Shown here in pieces: positions 19,073 through 29,612 of a stretch of DNA of 64,000 nucleotides; position 1 is the stretch's first letter; each line of letters starts with the position of its first letter. A program made the translations under genes and the position numbers. The notes below the pieces were generated by a model. The model made no database searches, was not told the DNA's origin, and worked only from the letters and a program-made list of their open reading frames with translations. The DNA is from an uncultured Gemmatimonadaceae bacterium. Its GTDB lineage: Bacteria > Gemmatimonadota > Gemmatimonadetes > Gemmatimonadales > Gemmatimonadaceae. Location: the NCBI GenBank assembly GCA_963843845.1, contig CAWJMB010000002.1, forward strand, positions 800,001-864,000, written 5' to 3'.

Positions 19073-20757
19073 CGCGTCGCCACCTTCGCCCAGCTGTCGC
19101 GCAGCGTCACCGTGCGGTTGAACACCAGCCGCGCGGCCGTCGAGTCGACCGGGTCGCTGACGAAGTACCCGGTGCGCTCGAACTGATAGCGCGTGCCCAA
19201 CGGATCGCCCGCCACGCTCGGCTCGACCTTGGCGTTCGGCACGGTCACGAGCGACTGCGGGTTCAGGAGCGACGTGAAGTCCTGGTCGTCGGGGATCGCA
19301 TCGAGATCGGGGACGGTGAACAGCGTGTCGTAGAGGCGCAGCTCGCAGTCGAGCGCGTGTGCGGCCGAGACCCAGTGAATCGTGCCCTGCACGCGGCGGC
19401 CGTCGGGCGCGTCGCCACCGCGTGTCGCCGGGTCGTACGTGCAGCGCAGCTCGATCACCTCGCCCGCGTCGTTCTTCACGACGTCCTGGCAGGTGACGAG
19501 GTAGCCGTAGCGCAGCCGCACCTCGCGCCCCGGCGCGAGACGGAAGAACTTCTTCGGCGGCTCCTCCATGAAGTCGTCGCGCTCGATCCACAGCTCGCGC
19601 GAGAACGGCACCGTCCGTGACCCCTCGAGCGGCACGTCGTGCGGATAGGAGGGCGCGTCGAGCAGATCGACCTGATCCTCGGGGTAGTTCGTCAGCACGA
19701 CCTTGAGCGGCTTCGTCACACACATGACGCGCGGCACCCGCATGTTCAGGTCGTCGCGCACGAAGTGCTCGAACGTCGCGAGCTCGGTGCTCGCCGGCTT
19801 CCTCGCGACGCCGATCGCCTCGGCGAAATTCTTCAGCGCCTCGGGGGTCACGCCACGACGGCGGAGGCCGGCGATCGTCGGCATCCGCGGGTCGTCCCAC
19901 CCGCTGACGTGCCCGTCGTTCACGAGCCGGAGCAGCTTCCGCTTGCTGAGCACCGTGTAGTCGAGCTTGAGGCGCGCGAACTCGATCTGCGTCGGCGGAT
20001 GGTCGGTGAATCCGACCTCGCGCACGAGCCAGTCGTAGATGTCGCGATTGTCCTTGAACTCGAGCGTGCAGAGGGATCGGGTGATCCCCTCGATGGCGTC
20101 CGACAGCCCGTGCGCGAAGTCGTAGAGCGGGTAGACGCACCACGCCGTGCCGCGCCGATAGTGCGGCGCGTTCCGGATGCGCAGCAGCAACGGGTCGCGC
20201 ATGATCATGTTCGGGTGCGCCATGTCGATCTTCGCGCGCAGCACGTGCGCCCCGTCCTCGAACTCGCCGGCTTTCATGCGGCGGAGCAGGTCGAGGTTCT
20301 CCGCCGGGCTCCGATCGCGATACGGCGAGTGCGTCCCCGCCGTCGTCACGGTGCCGCGCCCGGCGCGGATCTCCTCCTCGCTCTGCGAGTCGACGTACGC
20401 CTTCCCCCGCTCGACGAGCTGCTCCGCGAAGGCGTAGAGCTGCTCGAAGTAGTCGCTCGCGAACAGCACCGCGTCCGGCTCGAAGCCGAGCCACGCGATG
20501 TCCGCCTGCATCGCCTCGACGTATTTCACGTCCTCCGTGAACGGGTTCGTGTCGTCGAAGCGCAGGTTGCACCTCCCGCCGAACTCGCGCGCGAGCCCGA
20601 AGTTCAGCACGATCGACTTCACGTGCCCGATGTGCGGAAAGCCGTTCGGCTCGGGCGGGAAGCGCGTCGTGACGGGGCGGCCGAAGCGCCCCGTCTCGGC
20701 GTCGTCGGCGACGAGCTCGCGGATGAAGTTCGTGCGGGGCGTGGCGTCGTGAGACAC
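19069..20757 (-). CDS. glnS: Glutamine--tRNA ligase
   Basis: [47 protein letters not shown] start inferred. Confidence 0.96.
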   Translation of the reverse strand: MSHDATPRTNFIRELVADDAETGRFGRPVTTRFPPEPNGFPHIGHVKSIVLNFGLAREFGGRCNLRFDDTNPFTEDVKYVEAMQADIAWLGFEPDAVLFASDYFEQLYAFAEQLVERGKAYVDSQSEEEIRAGRGTVTTAGTHSPYRDRSPAENLDLLRRMKAGEFEDGAHVLRAKIDMAHPNMIMRDPLLLRIRNAPHYRRGTAWCVYPLYDFAHGLSDAIEGITRSLCTLEFKDNRDIYDWLVREVGFTDHPPTQIEFARLKLDYTVLSKRKLLRLVNDGHVSGWDDPRMPTIAGLRRRGVTPEALKNFAEAIGVARKPASTELATFEHFVRDDLNMRVPRVMCVTKPLKVVLTNYPEDQVDLLDAPSYPHDVPLEGSRTVPFSRELWIERDDFMEEPPKKFFRLAPGREVRLRYGYLVTCQDVVKNDAGEVIELRCTYDPATRGGDAPDGRRVQGTIHWVSAAHALDCELRLYDTLFTVPDLDAIPDDQDFTSLLNPQSLVTVPNAKVEPSVAGDPLGTRYQFERTGYFVSDPVDSTAARLVFNRTVTLRDSWAKVATR

Positions 20758-20825
20758 GATGGAGAGCGGTACAGGTGAGTGGCGCGAAAAGTACAAGCGC
20801 ATCGCCGCGTTCGCCGAAGATCGCG

Positions 20826-20854
20826 TTGACGGCGGCGCCCGATCGCCGTACGTT
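20826..20854 (+). promoter_or_regulatory. Sigma70-type promoter TTGACG-N17-TACGTT
   Basis: Same -35 box and spacing as 11819-11847; about 55 nt upstream of the PEP-CTERM gene. Confidence 0.6.
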
Positions 20855-20908
20855 CGCGCTTCCCGAAGCCGCGTTCCGTTCCACTCTCACGCCTCAGGTA
20901 TCTCACGT

Positions 20909-21547
20909 ATGGCAACAATGACTCTCCGCGGGATCGCGCGATCGGTAGCGCTCGTCGGCACGCTGACGCTCGCGACGGCCGCCCACGCACAGGAGTTCTT
21001 CTTCAACCGGGCGCAGTTCGTCGCGGCGCTCGCGACGACGCAGACGAACGACCTGAACGCGCTCGCGAACGGCTCGACCGTCATCCCGTTCGGCGCGCTC
21101 GGGACTGGCACGCTCACCGGCGCCACGGTCAGCGGCGGCCTCATCACCAAGCCAGGAGCGCCCTTCAGCCTCACGATCAACTTCTCGCAGCTGATCCGAG
21201 GCTTCGGCGCCGACTACGCGAACCTGGCGGCGGCGACGTCGGTCGGGGGGGAGGTCACCCTGTTCAACGGCGCGACGCAGGTCGGCAGCATCACGTTCGG
21301 GTCGACCCCCTCGCCGAGCACGTTCTTCGGATTCATCCCGAGCGGCGGTGCGTTCAACCGGGCCGTCGTCACTGACGCCGGCTCGATCAGAGTCGGCAAC
21401 GCATCCGTCGCGACGACGTTCGTGTCGATCGACAACCCGGTGATCGGTGTCCAGGCCACGGTGCCCGAGCCGGCCACGATCGCGCTGATGGCGACCGGGC
21501 TCCTCGCGGTCGGCGGTGTGGCGCGCCGGCGAGCGCGCACGAGCTGA
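20909..21547 (+). CDS. PEP-CTERM sorting domain protein
   Basis: Signal peptide ending AHA|Q; C-terminus VPEPATIALMATGLLAVGGVARRR. Confidence 0.9.
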   Translation: MATMTLRGIARSVALVGTLTLATAAHAQEFFFNRAQFVAALATTQTNDLNALANGSTVIPFGALGTGTLTGATVSGGLITKPGAPFSLTINFSQLIRGFGADYANLAAATSVGGEVTLFNGATQVGSITFGSTPSPSTFFGFIPSGGAFNRAVVTDAGSIRVGNASVATTFVSIDNPVIGVQATVPEPATIALMATGLLAVGGVARRRARTS

Positions 21548-21577
21548 GAGCCGACCGCGGCGTCGCGCCGCACGACG

Positions 21578-21610
21578 ACGAGGGCCCCGCACGGGGCCCT
21601 CGTTGCGTTT
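21578..21610 (+). terminator. Intrinsic terminator
   Basis: ACGAGGGCCCCG-ca-CGGGGCCCTCGT followed by TGCGTTT. Confidence 0.75.
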
Positions 21611-21649
21611 GCGGGTGTGCGGTCCGGATACTTCGCTCGCCCGCCACGT

Positions 21650-21718
21650 GTCTCCGTCGTCTCCGTCGTCTCCGTCGTCTCCGTCGTCTCCGTCGTCTCC
21701 GTCGTCTCCGTCGTCTCC
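21650..21718. repeat. 9-bp tandem repeat GTCTCCGTC x7.7
   Basis: Read directly; ends 12 nt before the next ATG. Confidence 0.92.
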
Positions 21719-21730
21719 TCGTTCGTGACC

Positions 21731-24417
21731 ATGCTGCCCACTCGTCTGCTGCTGCGCCCACTCGCGACCGCGTGCGCCGTCGTGAGCCTCGCGGCGGCTC
21801 CGGCCCGCGTCGCCGCCCAGCGCTCTGCGCTCCCCACCCCGGAGTCCGTCGTTCGGCTTCCGCGTCGGCGCCGACTACAAGCTCGATCGACTACGACGAG
21901 TCGATCGCCTACTTCCGGACGCTCGCCGCGGCGGCCAGCGACCGCATCCGGCTGCTCGACGTCGGCGTCACGTCGACCGGGCACCCGTGGACGCTCGCGG
22001 TCATCTCGTCGCCGGAGAACCTCGCGCGGCTCGAGCGGCTCCGCGCGATCGCGCAGCGCCTCGCGCATCCCGAGGGGCTCACCGACGCGCAGGCGCGCCG
22101 ACTCGCGCGCGAGGGCACGCGCCTTCGTCGACATCAGCGGCGGGCTGCACGCCATCGGAGATCGCCGGCTCGCAGCACACGATCCAGCTCGCCTACGACC
22201 TGCTGTCGCGCGCCGACGAGCCGCAGATCAAGACGATCCTCGACAACGTCGTGCTGCTGCTCTGGCCGTCGATCAATCCGGACGGCCAGAACATCGTCGT
22301 CGAACTGGTACCGACGAGAACGTCGGCACGCCGTACGAGACCGCGCCGCTGCACGAGCTGTATCAGAAGTACATCGGCCACGACAACAACCGCGACGCCT
22401 ACATGCTCAACGTGGTCGAGTCGCGCGTCGTGGCGCGCACGTGGCGGCACTGGGAGCCGCAGATCATCTACGTGCAGCACCAGACGTCGCCGTTCCCGAC
22501 GCGCATCTGGCTGCCGCCGTTCGCCGAGCCGATCGCGCCGCGCGTGCCGGCGCTGATGTCGCGCGAGGTGAACACGATCGGCATGACGCATCGCGCGCAG
22601 GCCTCGAGGAGCGACGGCCAGGTCGGCGCGACGCACATGGGCACCGGCTTCGACGCCTGGTATCCGGGCTACGTCGACTACATGCCGATGCTCCAGAACA
22701 TCGACGCGTTCTGGACCGAGACGGCGCTCTACCGTACGCGACGCCGCACCAGTACACGCATCGACGACTTCCCGCGCCGACATGCGCGACCTGCGCCCGC
22801 AGTCGCTCTACCCGAGCCCGTGGGCGCCGGGCTGGTGGCGGCTGCAAGGACGCGGTCGACTACATGCTGACGGCGTCGATCGCGGTGCTCGACTACGCGG
22901 CGAAGTACCGCGAGGACGCTGCTCTACAACCGCTACCAGGCGGGGCGGAACGCGATCGTGAATCCGCCACCGCCGGGTCCGCCGTACGCGTACGTGATCC
23001 CGCAGCGCAGCGCGATCCCGGCGCCGCCGGTCGAGCTGCTGCGCCGGCTGGCGTTCAACGGCGTGCGCGTGTCAGCCAGCTGACGCACGACCGGCCGTCG
23101 ACGGCACCGTACGTATCCGGCCGGCACGTGGGTCATCCCGATGAATCAGGAGTTCGCGCGAGCTCGTGCGCCAGCTGCTTCGAGGTGCAGGACTACCCCG
23201 ACCTGCGCGAGTACCCCGACGGCCCGCCCGAGCAGCCGTACGACGCGGCCGGCTGGACGCTGCCCTTCCAGATGGGCGTCGACGTCGTGACGGTGAACGG
23301 GCCGCTCTCCGACGCCTTCCGCGCCGCGCTGCGCCCCGTGCGTGGTCGCCCCACCGATCTCGCCGACCCGAACGCCCCGTTCACCACCGACTCGATCGCC
23401 GCCGGCATCGCACTCCCGGCCGGCACCGTCGCCGGCCGCGGCGACGCGCTGCTCGTCGACCCGACGGCGAACGACGCGTTCAAGCTCGTCAACCGCGCGC
23501 TCGCCGACGGCGGGAGCGTGGCGGCCATCCCGGCGACCGGCGGGCGCGGCGCGCGCTACGCGATCACCGGCGTTCCCGCCGCGCGCTACGACGCCCTCGT
23601 GCGGGAGCTCGGCCTCCGCGCCGAGCGAGTGCGTGCGGCCGCACTCGCGGCTGGCGCGACCCGCGTCGCGCGTCGCGTGGGCATCGTGAAGCCGTGGACG
23701 GCGAGCATGGACGTCGGCTGGACCGAGTGGCTGTTCGATCAGTACGGGGTACGCTATACCGCGCTCACGCCGAACGACGTGCAGAGCGGTGGACCGTCCG
23801 CCGGAGCAGGGAAGACGCTGAGCGACCGCTTCGACGTCATCCTCATCGCGTCGGACGCACCGCGCACGCTCACGAACGGCTTCCCCGCCGCTGCGATCCC
23901 CGCGCCCTACGCCGGAGGACTCGGCGACGGGGGGGCGCTGGCACTCGATGCGTTCGTCCGCGCCGGTGGAACGCTCGTCGCGCTCAATCGTGGCGCGAGC
24001 TACGCGATGAGCGCGCTGAAGCTCCCGGTCCGCGATGTGACCGCCGGTCTCGATCGGAAACAGTACTTCGCCAGCGGCTCGATCCTCGAGGTCACCACGA
24101 ACGCAGCGCACCCGGTGATGGCCGGCATGCCGGCGCAGGCGAACGTGTTCGTCGACGGAAGCCCGGCGTTCGCGCCGCTCGACGGGTTTCGGGGAACGAC
24201 GCTCGCGTCCTATGCGACGAGCGGATCGCCGCTCCGCTCCGGCTACCTCCTCGGCGAGCGGCACTTGCAGGGGCAGGCGGCGGCGCTCGACGTGCGTCAC
24301 GACCGCGGCCACGTCATCCTCGTCGGCTTTCGGCCGCAGTGGCGCGGCCAACCGATCGGTACGTTCCGCGTCGTACTGAACTCCGTCCTCTTCGCGCAAC
24401 CGGTCGCAGTGCAGTGA
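21731..24417 (+). CDS. Secreted M14-family zinc carboxypeptidase, broken by several frameshifts in ~21850-23170 (probably sequencing errors)
   Basis: Pieces across frames: GLHA.E, WPSINPDGQ, YIGHDNNRD, HQT.PFP.RIW, FDAWYPGY, PYDAAGWTLP, GFRPQWRGQ. Confidence 0.85.
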
Positions 24418-24638
24418 AGGAGCGCTGCCGGTCGCCCCGATCCGCGCCGTGCCTCCCTCGCCGCGCGCCTGGCGGTGGCACCGCTGCGGCCTCGACGGCT
24501 CACGCGCGGGCCGCTCTCCGGCCCAGGCGCTCGAGCGCGCGGGTCGGGGCGTCGATCGACGCGTCGCGGCCGATGGCCTGAGCGCCGCGAGAGCGCCCAG
24601 GCCGACCCAGCCTGGTCCGCGTCGACCGCGCCCTGGCC

Positions 24639-25343
24639 TTACGCTCGACGCCGGCGCGCCACGGCCGCGAGCGACAGCAGCCCGCCGCCGAGCAGCATCC
24701 ACGTCGACGGCTCGGGCACCGCGTTGACGACGACCGACTGGCCGTTCACGCCGTAGCTGAAGTCGGACGTGATGAGATTCGCGTTGCCGCCGACGTTGCT
24801 CGCGTTCGCGCCGACGAGCCAGATCGCGGCGCCGTCGCTCGGGGCGTTCACGCTGTTCGTGCCCCTGGTCCGGTCGACACCGACGAACATGTTCTGGACG
24901 GGCGGGAAGCCGCCGAGATCGGCCCAGAGGCCCATCCAGTACGTTCCCGCAGTCAGCACGAAGGACGGCACGGCGACCGTGTACACATTGCCGCTCACCG
25001 AGTACCCGCCGAATCCGGTGTGCACGACCGTCCCGGTGCTCGAGCCTGCGACCATCCCCGTGCGGATCTCCCATCCGAGCGTCGCGGGAAATGGATTGAG
25101 GTTCGACGATGCCAGCGCGCCGAAGAGCGAGCTGACCGTCCACTGCGTTCCAGCGGCGACCGAGAAGTTGTCGAAGACGATCTGGTTGACCGCGTTGGAT
25201 GGGTTGTTGACGTAACTCGTATTCGAGAATGCGAAGTCGTCGCCGCCGTAGAACAGTTGGGCGTGCGCCGCCGACGGAGCGCCTGCGCCGAGCGCGAGCC
25301 CGACGGTGAGGGAGGCTACGAACGTGCGCGGATGGATGGTCAT
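24639..25343 (-). CDS. PEP-CTERM sorting domain protein
   Basis: Signal peptide AHA|Q; C-terminus VPEPSTWMLLGGGLLSLAAVARRRRA. Confidence 0.9.
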   Translation of the reverse strand: MTIHPRTFVASLTVGLALGAGAPSAAHAQLFYGGDDFAFSNTSYVNNPSNAVNQIVFDNFSVAAGTQWTVSSLFGALASSNLNPFPATLGWEIRTGMVAGSSTGTVVHTGFGGYSVSGNVYTVAVPSFVLTAGTYWMGLWADLGGFPPVQNMFVGVDRTRGTNSVNAPSDGAAIWLVGANASNVGGNANLITSDFSYGVNGQSVVVNAVPEPSTWMLLGGGLLSLAAVARRRRA

Positions 25344-25502
25344 GGGAACCGGTGTGAAGGGTCGTTCGGCGCGACTTCGCGAAGATGTCACTGCGGAGCG
25401 ATCGTGGCGGCCAGGGGTATGGAGAGGACCCGGATCGCAGCGCCGAGGTCGGCGACGCCCCGATCAGCAGATTCTGCCCCTACAGTGTGGACCTACTCGC
25501 AC

Positions 25503-26267
25503 ATGCGTAAATTCCTTCCCACGTGGCTCATCGCGATGGCACCGGCCGTCGTCGTGGCACAGCCACTCGCCACACCCCCCTCGGCCTCGGCGGCGTCGCT
25601 CGCTGCTCGACCGTTCAGGCCGGGTGAGCTGCTGACCTACGACGTTCACTTCGGCAAGCTGAAGGTCGGCACCGGCTCCATGGAGGTACGCGGCATCGAG
25701 AAGGTGCGCGGGCGCGACGCCTATCACACGATGTTTCGCGTGCAGGGCGGTATTCCGCTGTTCAGGGTCGACGACCGGTTCGAGAGCTGGTTCACGACAG
25801 ACGACCTCTCGTCGCTCCGGTTCTACAAGGACCAGGACGAGGGGTTCAAGGAGCGCGCGGTGCGCTACGACATCTTTCCGGAGCGCGCGACGTACGACGA
25901 GATCACCGACGACAAACCGGAGCAGAAGTCGATCTCGAATCCGCTCGACGACGGCTCGTTTCTGTACTTCATCCGCACCGTGCCGCTCGACGTCGGCCGG
26001 ACGTACCGCTTCGAGCGGTACTTCAAGCCCGACCGCAACCCGGTGACCATCACCGTCGTGCGCAGGGAGACGGTCACCGTCCCCGCGGGCACGTTCGAGG
26101 CGATCGTCATTCAGCCGACGATCAAGACTCCCGGCATCTTCGGCGAGGGGGGCCACGCCGAAGTCTGGCTCTCCGACGACGACCGGCGGCTCGTGCTGCA
26201 GGTCAAGTCGCAGCTCAAGATCGGGTCGCTCAACATGTACCTGAAGTCGGCGACGGCGGGGAAGTAG
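25503..26267 (+). CDS. DUF3108-like exported protein
   Basis: Signal peptide, PF..GE.L.Y.V.FG..KVG, ETVTVPAGTFEA, WLSDDDRRL. Confidence 0.75.
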   Translation: MRKFLPTWLIAMAPAVVVAQPLATPPSASAASLAARPFRPGELLTYDVHFGKLKVGTGSMEVRGIEKVRGRDAYHTMFRVQGGIPLFRVDDRFESWFTTDDLSSLRFYKDQDEGFKERAVRYDIFPERATYDEITDDKPEQKSISNPLDDGSFLYFIRTVPLDVGRTYRFERYFKPDRNPVTITVVRRETVTVPAGTFEAIVIQPTIKTPGIFGEGGHAEVWLSDDDRRLVLQVKSQLKIGSLNMYLKSATAGK

Positions 26268-26280
26268 TCGCCGTTCCGCT

Positions 26281-26431
26281 CGACGGCGGTTGGACGGCGG
26301 TCGCACGGCGGTGATGCGGAGCCGAGCGAGTGGACGAGAAACGGCGGTACCTTCGTGCTCAGCGCCGAAGGTACCGCCGTTTCTCGTTCGTCGTGGGTCA
26401 CACCAGATCGCCGCCGTCGAACCGCCGTTCG
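26281..26431. repeat. Nested inverted repeat: 22-bp perfect stem (26334-26355 / 26366-26387) flanked by ACGGCGGT iterations and their complements
   Basis: ACGAGAAACGGCGGTACCTTCG-N10-CGAAGGTACCGCCGTTTCTCGT, between convergent genes. Confidence 0.85.
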
Positions 26432-26456
26432 CCGGCGGGTGGAGTGGCGAGCGGTG

Positions 26457-27677
26457 TCACTCGTACCGCAGCGCGATGATCGGGTCGAGCGACGCCGCGC
26501 GCCGTGCCGGCCACACGCCGAAGATGATCCCCACCGCCGCCGAGAACACGAAGGCGAGCACGATCGACATCGGCGACACCTCCGTCTGCCACTTGAGCAG
26601 CGCCTTGAGTCCGACCGCGGTGCCCGTCCCCATCAGGATGCCGATGACCCCGCCGAGCGCGCAGAGCACGACGGCCTCGATGAGGAACTGCGCCAGGATC
26701 GTCTTCCGCGTCGCGCCGAGCGCCTTGCGCACGCCGACCTCGCGGGTGCGCTCGGTGACCGACACGAGCATGATGTTCATGATCCCGATGCCGCCGACGA
26801 GGAGCGAGACCATCGCGACGCCGGCGAGCAGGTAGGTGAAGACCTGGGTCGTCTCGGCCGCCGTGTTGAGGAAGTCGGCCTGGTTCCGGATCTGGAAGTC
26901 GTCCGGGCGGCCGACCGGGAGTCGATGCGCGCGGCGCATGATGGAGTTCGCCTCCTCCATGACCTCGTCGATCTTGTCCTCGCTCGGCGCGAGGAGGTTG
27001 ATCGAGCCGAGGTTCTCGGAGCCGAACAGGCGGAAGCGCGCCGTGCCTAACGGAATCACGACCTGGTCGTCGGGGTCGTTGAACCCCGTCGCGCCGCCTT
27101 TCGACGCGAACACACCGACGACCTCGAACGCGACGCCGTTGATGCGGATCTGCTGCCCGATGATCCCGGCCGGCGACGTGATCCCGAGGTTCGTCGCGGT
27201 CGTCGCGCCGAGGACGGCGACGCGCTTGCGACCGAGGTCATCGCTCTGCGCGAACATGCGTCCGGTGCCGACCGTGTACTTGCGCACGTCGGCGTAGTTC
27301 GCGGGCGAGCCGATGACGCGCGTGCTCGTGTTCGCCGTGATGTACTGGATCTGCTGGTTGCGCGACATCTCGGGCTGCACGGCGGTGAACTTCGTGCCCC
27401 GCGCCTCGAGCAGCTCGGCGTCGCGCACCTTGAGCTGCGCGCGGTCCGTCTGCGACGAGATGCCGCCGGTGAACACCTGGCCGGGCACGATCGTCACCAT
27501 CGTGGTGCCTAACGCCTGGATGCGCGCGTTGACCGCCGCCTTCGCGCCGTTGCCGAGCGCGAGCATCGCGATGACGGCGCCGACGCCGATGATGATCCCC
27601 AGCATCGTGAGGATCGACCGCATCTTGTTGACGCGCAGCGCTTCGAGCGCGACGCGGAGAATTTCGCCGAATGGCAT
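26457..27677 (-). CDS. MacB/FtsX-type ABC transporter permease
   Basis: RSILTMLGIIIGVGAVIAM, VGGIGIMNIMLVSVTERTREVGVRKALGA, PARRAASLDPIIALRYE. Confidence 0.93.
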   Translation of the reverse strand: MPFGEILRVALEALRVNKMRSILTMLGIIIGVGAVIAMLALGNGAKAAVNARIQALGTTMVTIVPGQVFTGGISSQTDRAQLKVRDAELLEARGTKFTAVQPEMSRNQQIQYITANTSTRVIGSPANYADVRKYTVGTGRMFAQSDDLGRKRVAVLGATTATNLGITSPAGIIGQQIRINGVAFEVVGVFASKGGATGFNDPDDQVVIPLGTARFRLFGSENLGSINLLAPSEDKIDEVMEEANSIMRRAHRLPVGRPDDFQIRNQADFLNTAAETTQVFTYLLAGVAMVSLLVGGIGIMNIMLVSVTERTREVGVRKALGATRKTILAQFLIEAVVLCALGGVIGILMGTGTAVGLKALLKWQTEVSPMSIVLAFVFSAAVGIIFGVWPARRAASLDPIIALRYE

Positions 27678-27695
27678 GGTCGTGGCTCCTGTCGC

Positions 27696-29559
27696 TCAGC
27701 CGCCGCGCCCGCCGCCGCCGCCCGGGCCGCCACCGCCCGGCGGCCGACCGCCGCCGCCCGCCGCGCCGCCGCCCATCCCGGGGAGGCCGGAGTTGCTGCG
27801 CATCCGGTTCTGCTGGTTCACGCGATTCTGTGCCTGCACGGCGCCCGACACGAGCGCGACGCGCTCACCCTCGCGGAGGCCGGAGACGATCTCGACGTAG
27901 TCGAAGTTGCTGAGGCCGATCTGGACCATCCGCGCCTCGTAGGTCGTGCCGCTCTGGACGAACACGATGCCGCGCGTCGTCGCCGCGCGCCCACGCGTGC
28001 CGCCGCTGAACGCGCTCGGCAAGGCGCCCTGACCCTGGCCGACCGCAGCCGCGGATCCCTGCGCGCCGCCGGTGCCGCCGGTGCCGCCGGTGCCGCCCTG
28101 TCCGCGACCGCCCTGGCCGCCCTGGCCGCCTGGGATTCCCGCCGCGACAGCCGCGAATCGCGCGCGCGTCGACGCCGATCGTGTCGTAGAGCGCGCGCAT
28201 CGTCTCGCGCGCCGCCTGAAAGTCGAGCGCGCCGCTCCGCATCTGCGCGTTCAGCGAATCGAGGCGGGCGCGCTGCTTCGGGTGCGCGGCGAGCGCCTTG
28301 GTGACCGCCTCGCACTCCGCCGCCGTCGGCGCCGGGCCACCGCCGAAGCCGCCCTGACCGCCCTGACCGCCCGCGGCGCCAGCCGCACCACCGGTGCCGC
28401 CCGTGCCGCCGGTGCGGCCAGTGCCGCCATTCATGCCACCGCGGGTGCCACCAGCGTCGCCGCCCGCGCCAGCGCTCGCCGCGCCGCCGGAGGCGCCGCC
28501 GTCACGCTGGATCGCCACGCCCGCGCTCGCGCCGGTGTCGCCACCGGCCGGCCCGCCGCGGTTCTGCCCCTGCGACTGCATCGCCGCCCGCACCTTGCTG
28601 GTGTCGAGGCCGAGCGCCTGCGCCGCCGTGATCGCGTCGCGCGCCGGGCGCACCGCGTCGACCGGCACGGCGATGACGTCCTGCCGGTTGTCGACGAGGA
28701 TCGACACGTCGCTGTTCATCCCCGGCATCAGGGCGCCGTCGAAATTCTCGATGCGGATCTTCACCGGGAACATGGTCACGCTCTGCTGCACCGTCGCACG
28801 CGGCTCGATCTTCTCCACGACGCCGCGGAACGTGCGGTTCGGATACGCGTCGACCGTGATCGTCGCCGTCTGCCCCGGCTTCACCTTGCCGATGTCGCTC
28901 TCGTTGACGAGCGTCGAGTCGTAGACGGTCTGCAGATTCGCCAGCGTCAGCAGGATCGTTCCGCCGCTCGGCGAGTTCGTCGAGCTGGCGATGACCTGCC
29001 CGGGCGAGACGTTCGCCGAGATCACCGTGCCGTTCGACGGCGCCGTGATCGTGACGTCCTCGAGCGCGATCTGGGCGAGCTGCACCTGCACCTGCGCCGA
29101 CGTGATCTGCGACTGCGCATTCGCGTAGGCGATGCGCGCGCTCTCGAGCTCCGGCGCCGTGATGACGCCCTGCTTCGAGAGCGCCGTGTTGCGGTCGAAC
29201 TGCGCCTTCGTGACCGAGACGTTCGCACGCGCGGCCTCGAGCTGCGCGCGCGCCTGATCGTAGCGCTGCTGCGGGTCGCGCGGGTCGATGCGCACGAGCA
29301 GGTCGCCCGTCTTCACCTGAGCCCCGGTCTGCACCGGCATCGCCACGATCTGACCGGAGGCTTTCGAGCGCACGTCGACGGCGCCGATCGGCTGGATGAC
29401 GCCGGTCGCCTCGACGTCGACGACGACGTTCTGCCGCTCGACCGCCACCGTCTGGATCGTCACCGCCTCGGCCTTCTTGTTCGTGCAGGCGGCGAGGCCG
29501 GCGAGCGCCGCGATCGCGCCCACGGCGGTGAGCGCCGGAAGCGCACGAGTCTGTCGCAT
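27696..29559 (-). CDS. MacA-like periplasmic adaptor (membrane fusion protein) with long Gly-rich insertions; one frameshift near 28130
   Basis: VDVRSKASGQI..V..GD.L..ID, ITAPSNGTV, VNESDIGKVKPGQ; C-terminal GLSNFDYVEIVSGLREGE in another frame. Confidence 0.88.
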
Positions 29560-29612
29560 GAGGGGAAGCGTGGAAGGCATGGAATGAGTCGAAGACATCG
29601 ATCGGCGGGCCA

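Noticed and set aside
21650..21718. Short tandem arrays (also 63923-64000) as possible CRISPR
   Set aside because: No spacers, 9-bp units, and no cas genes.
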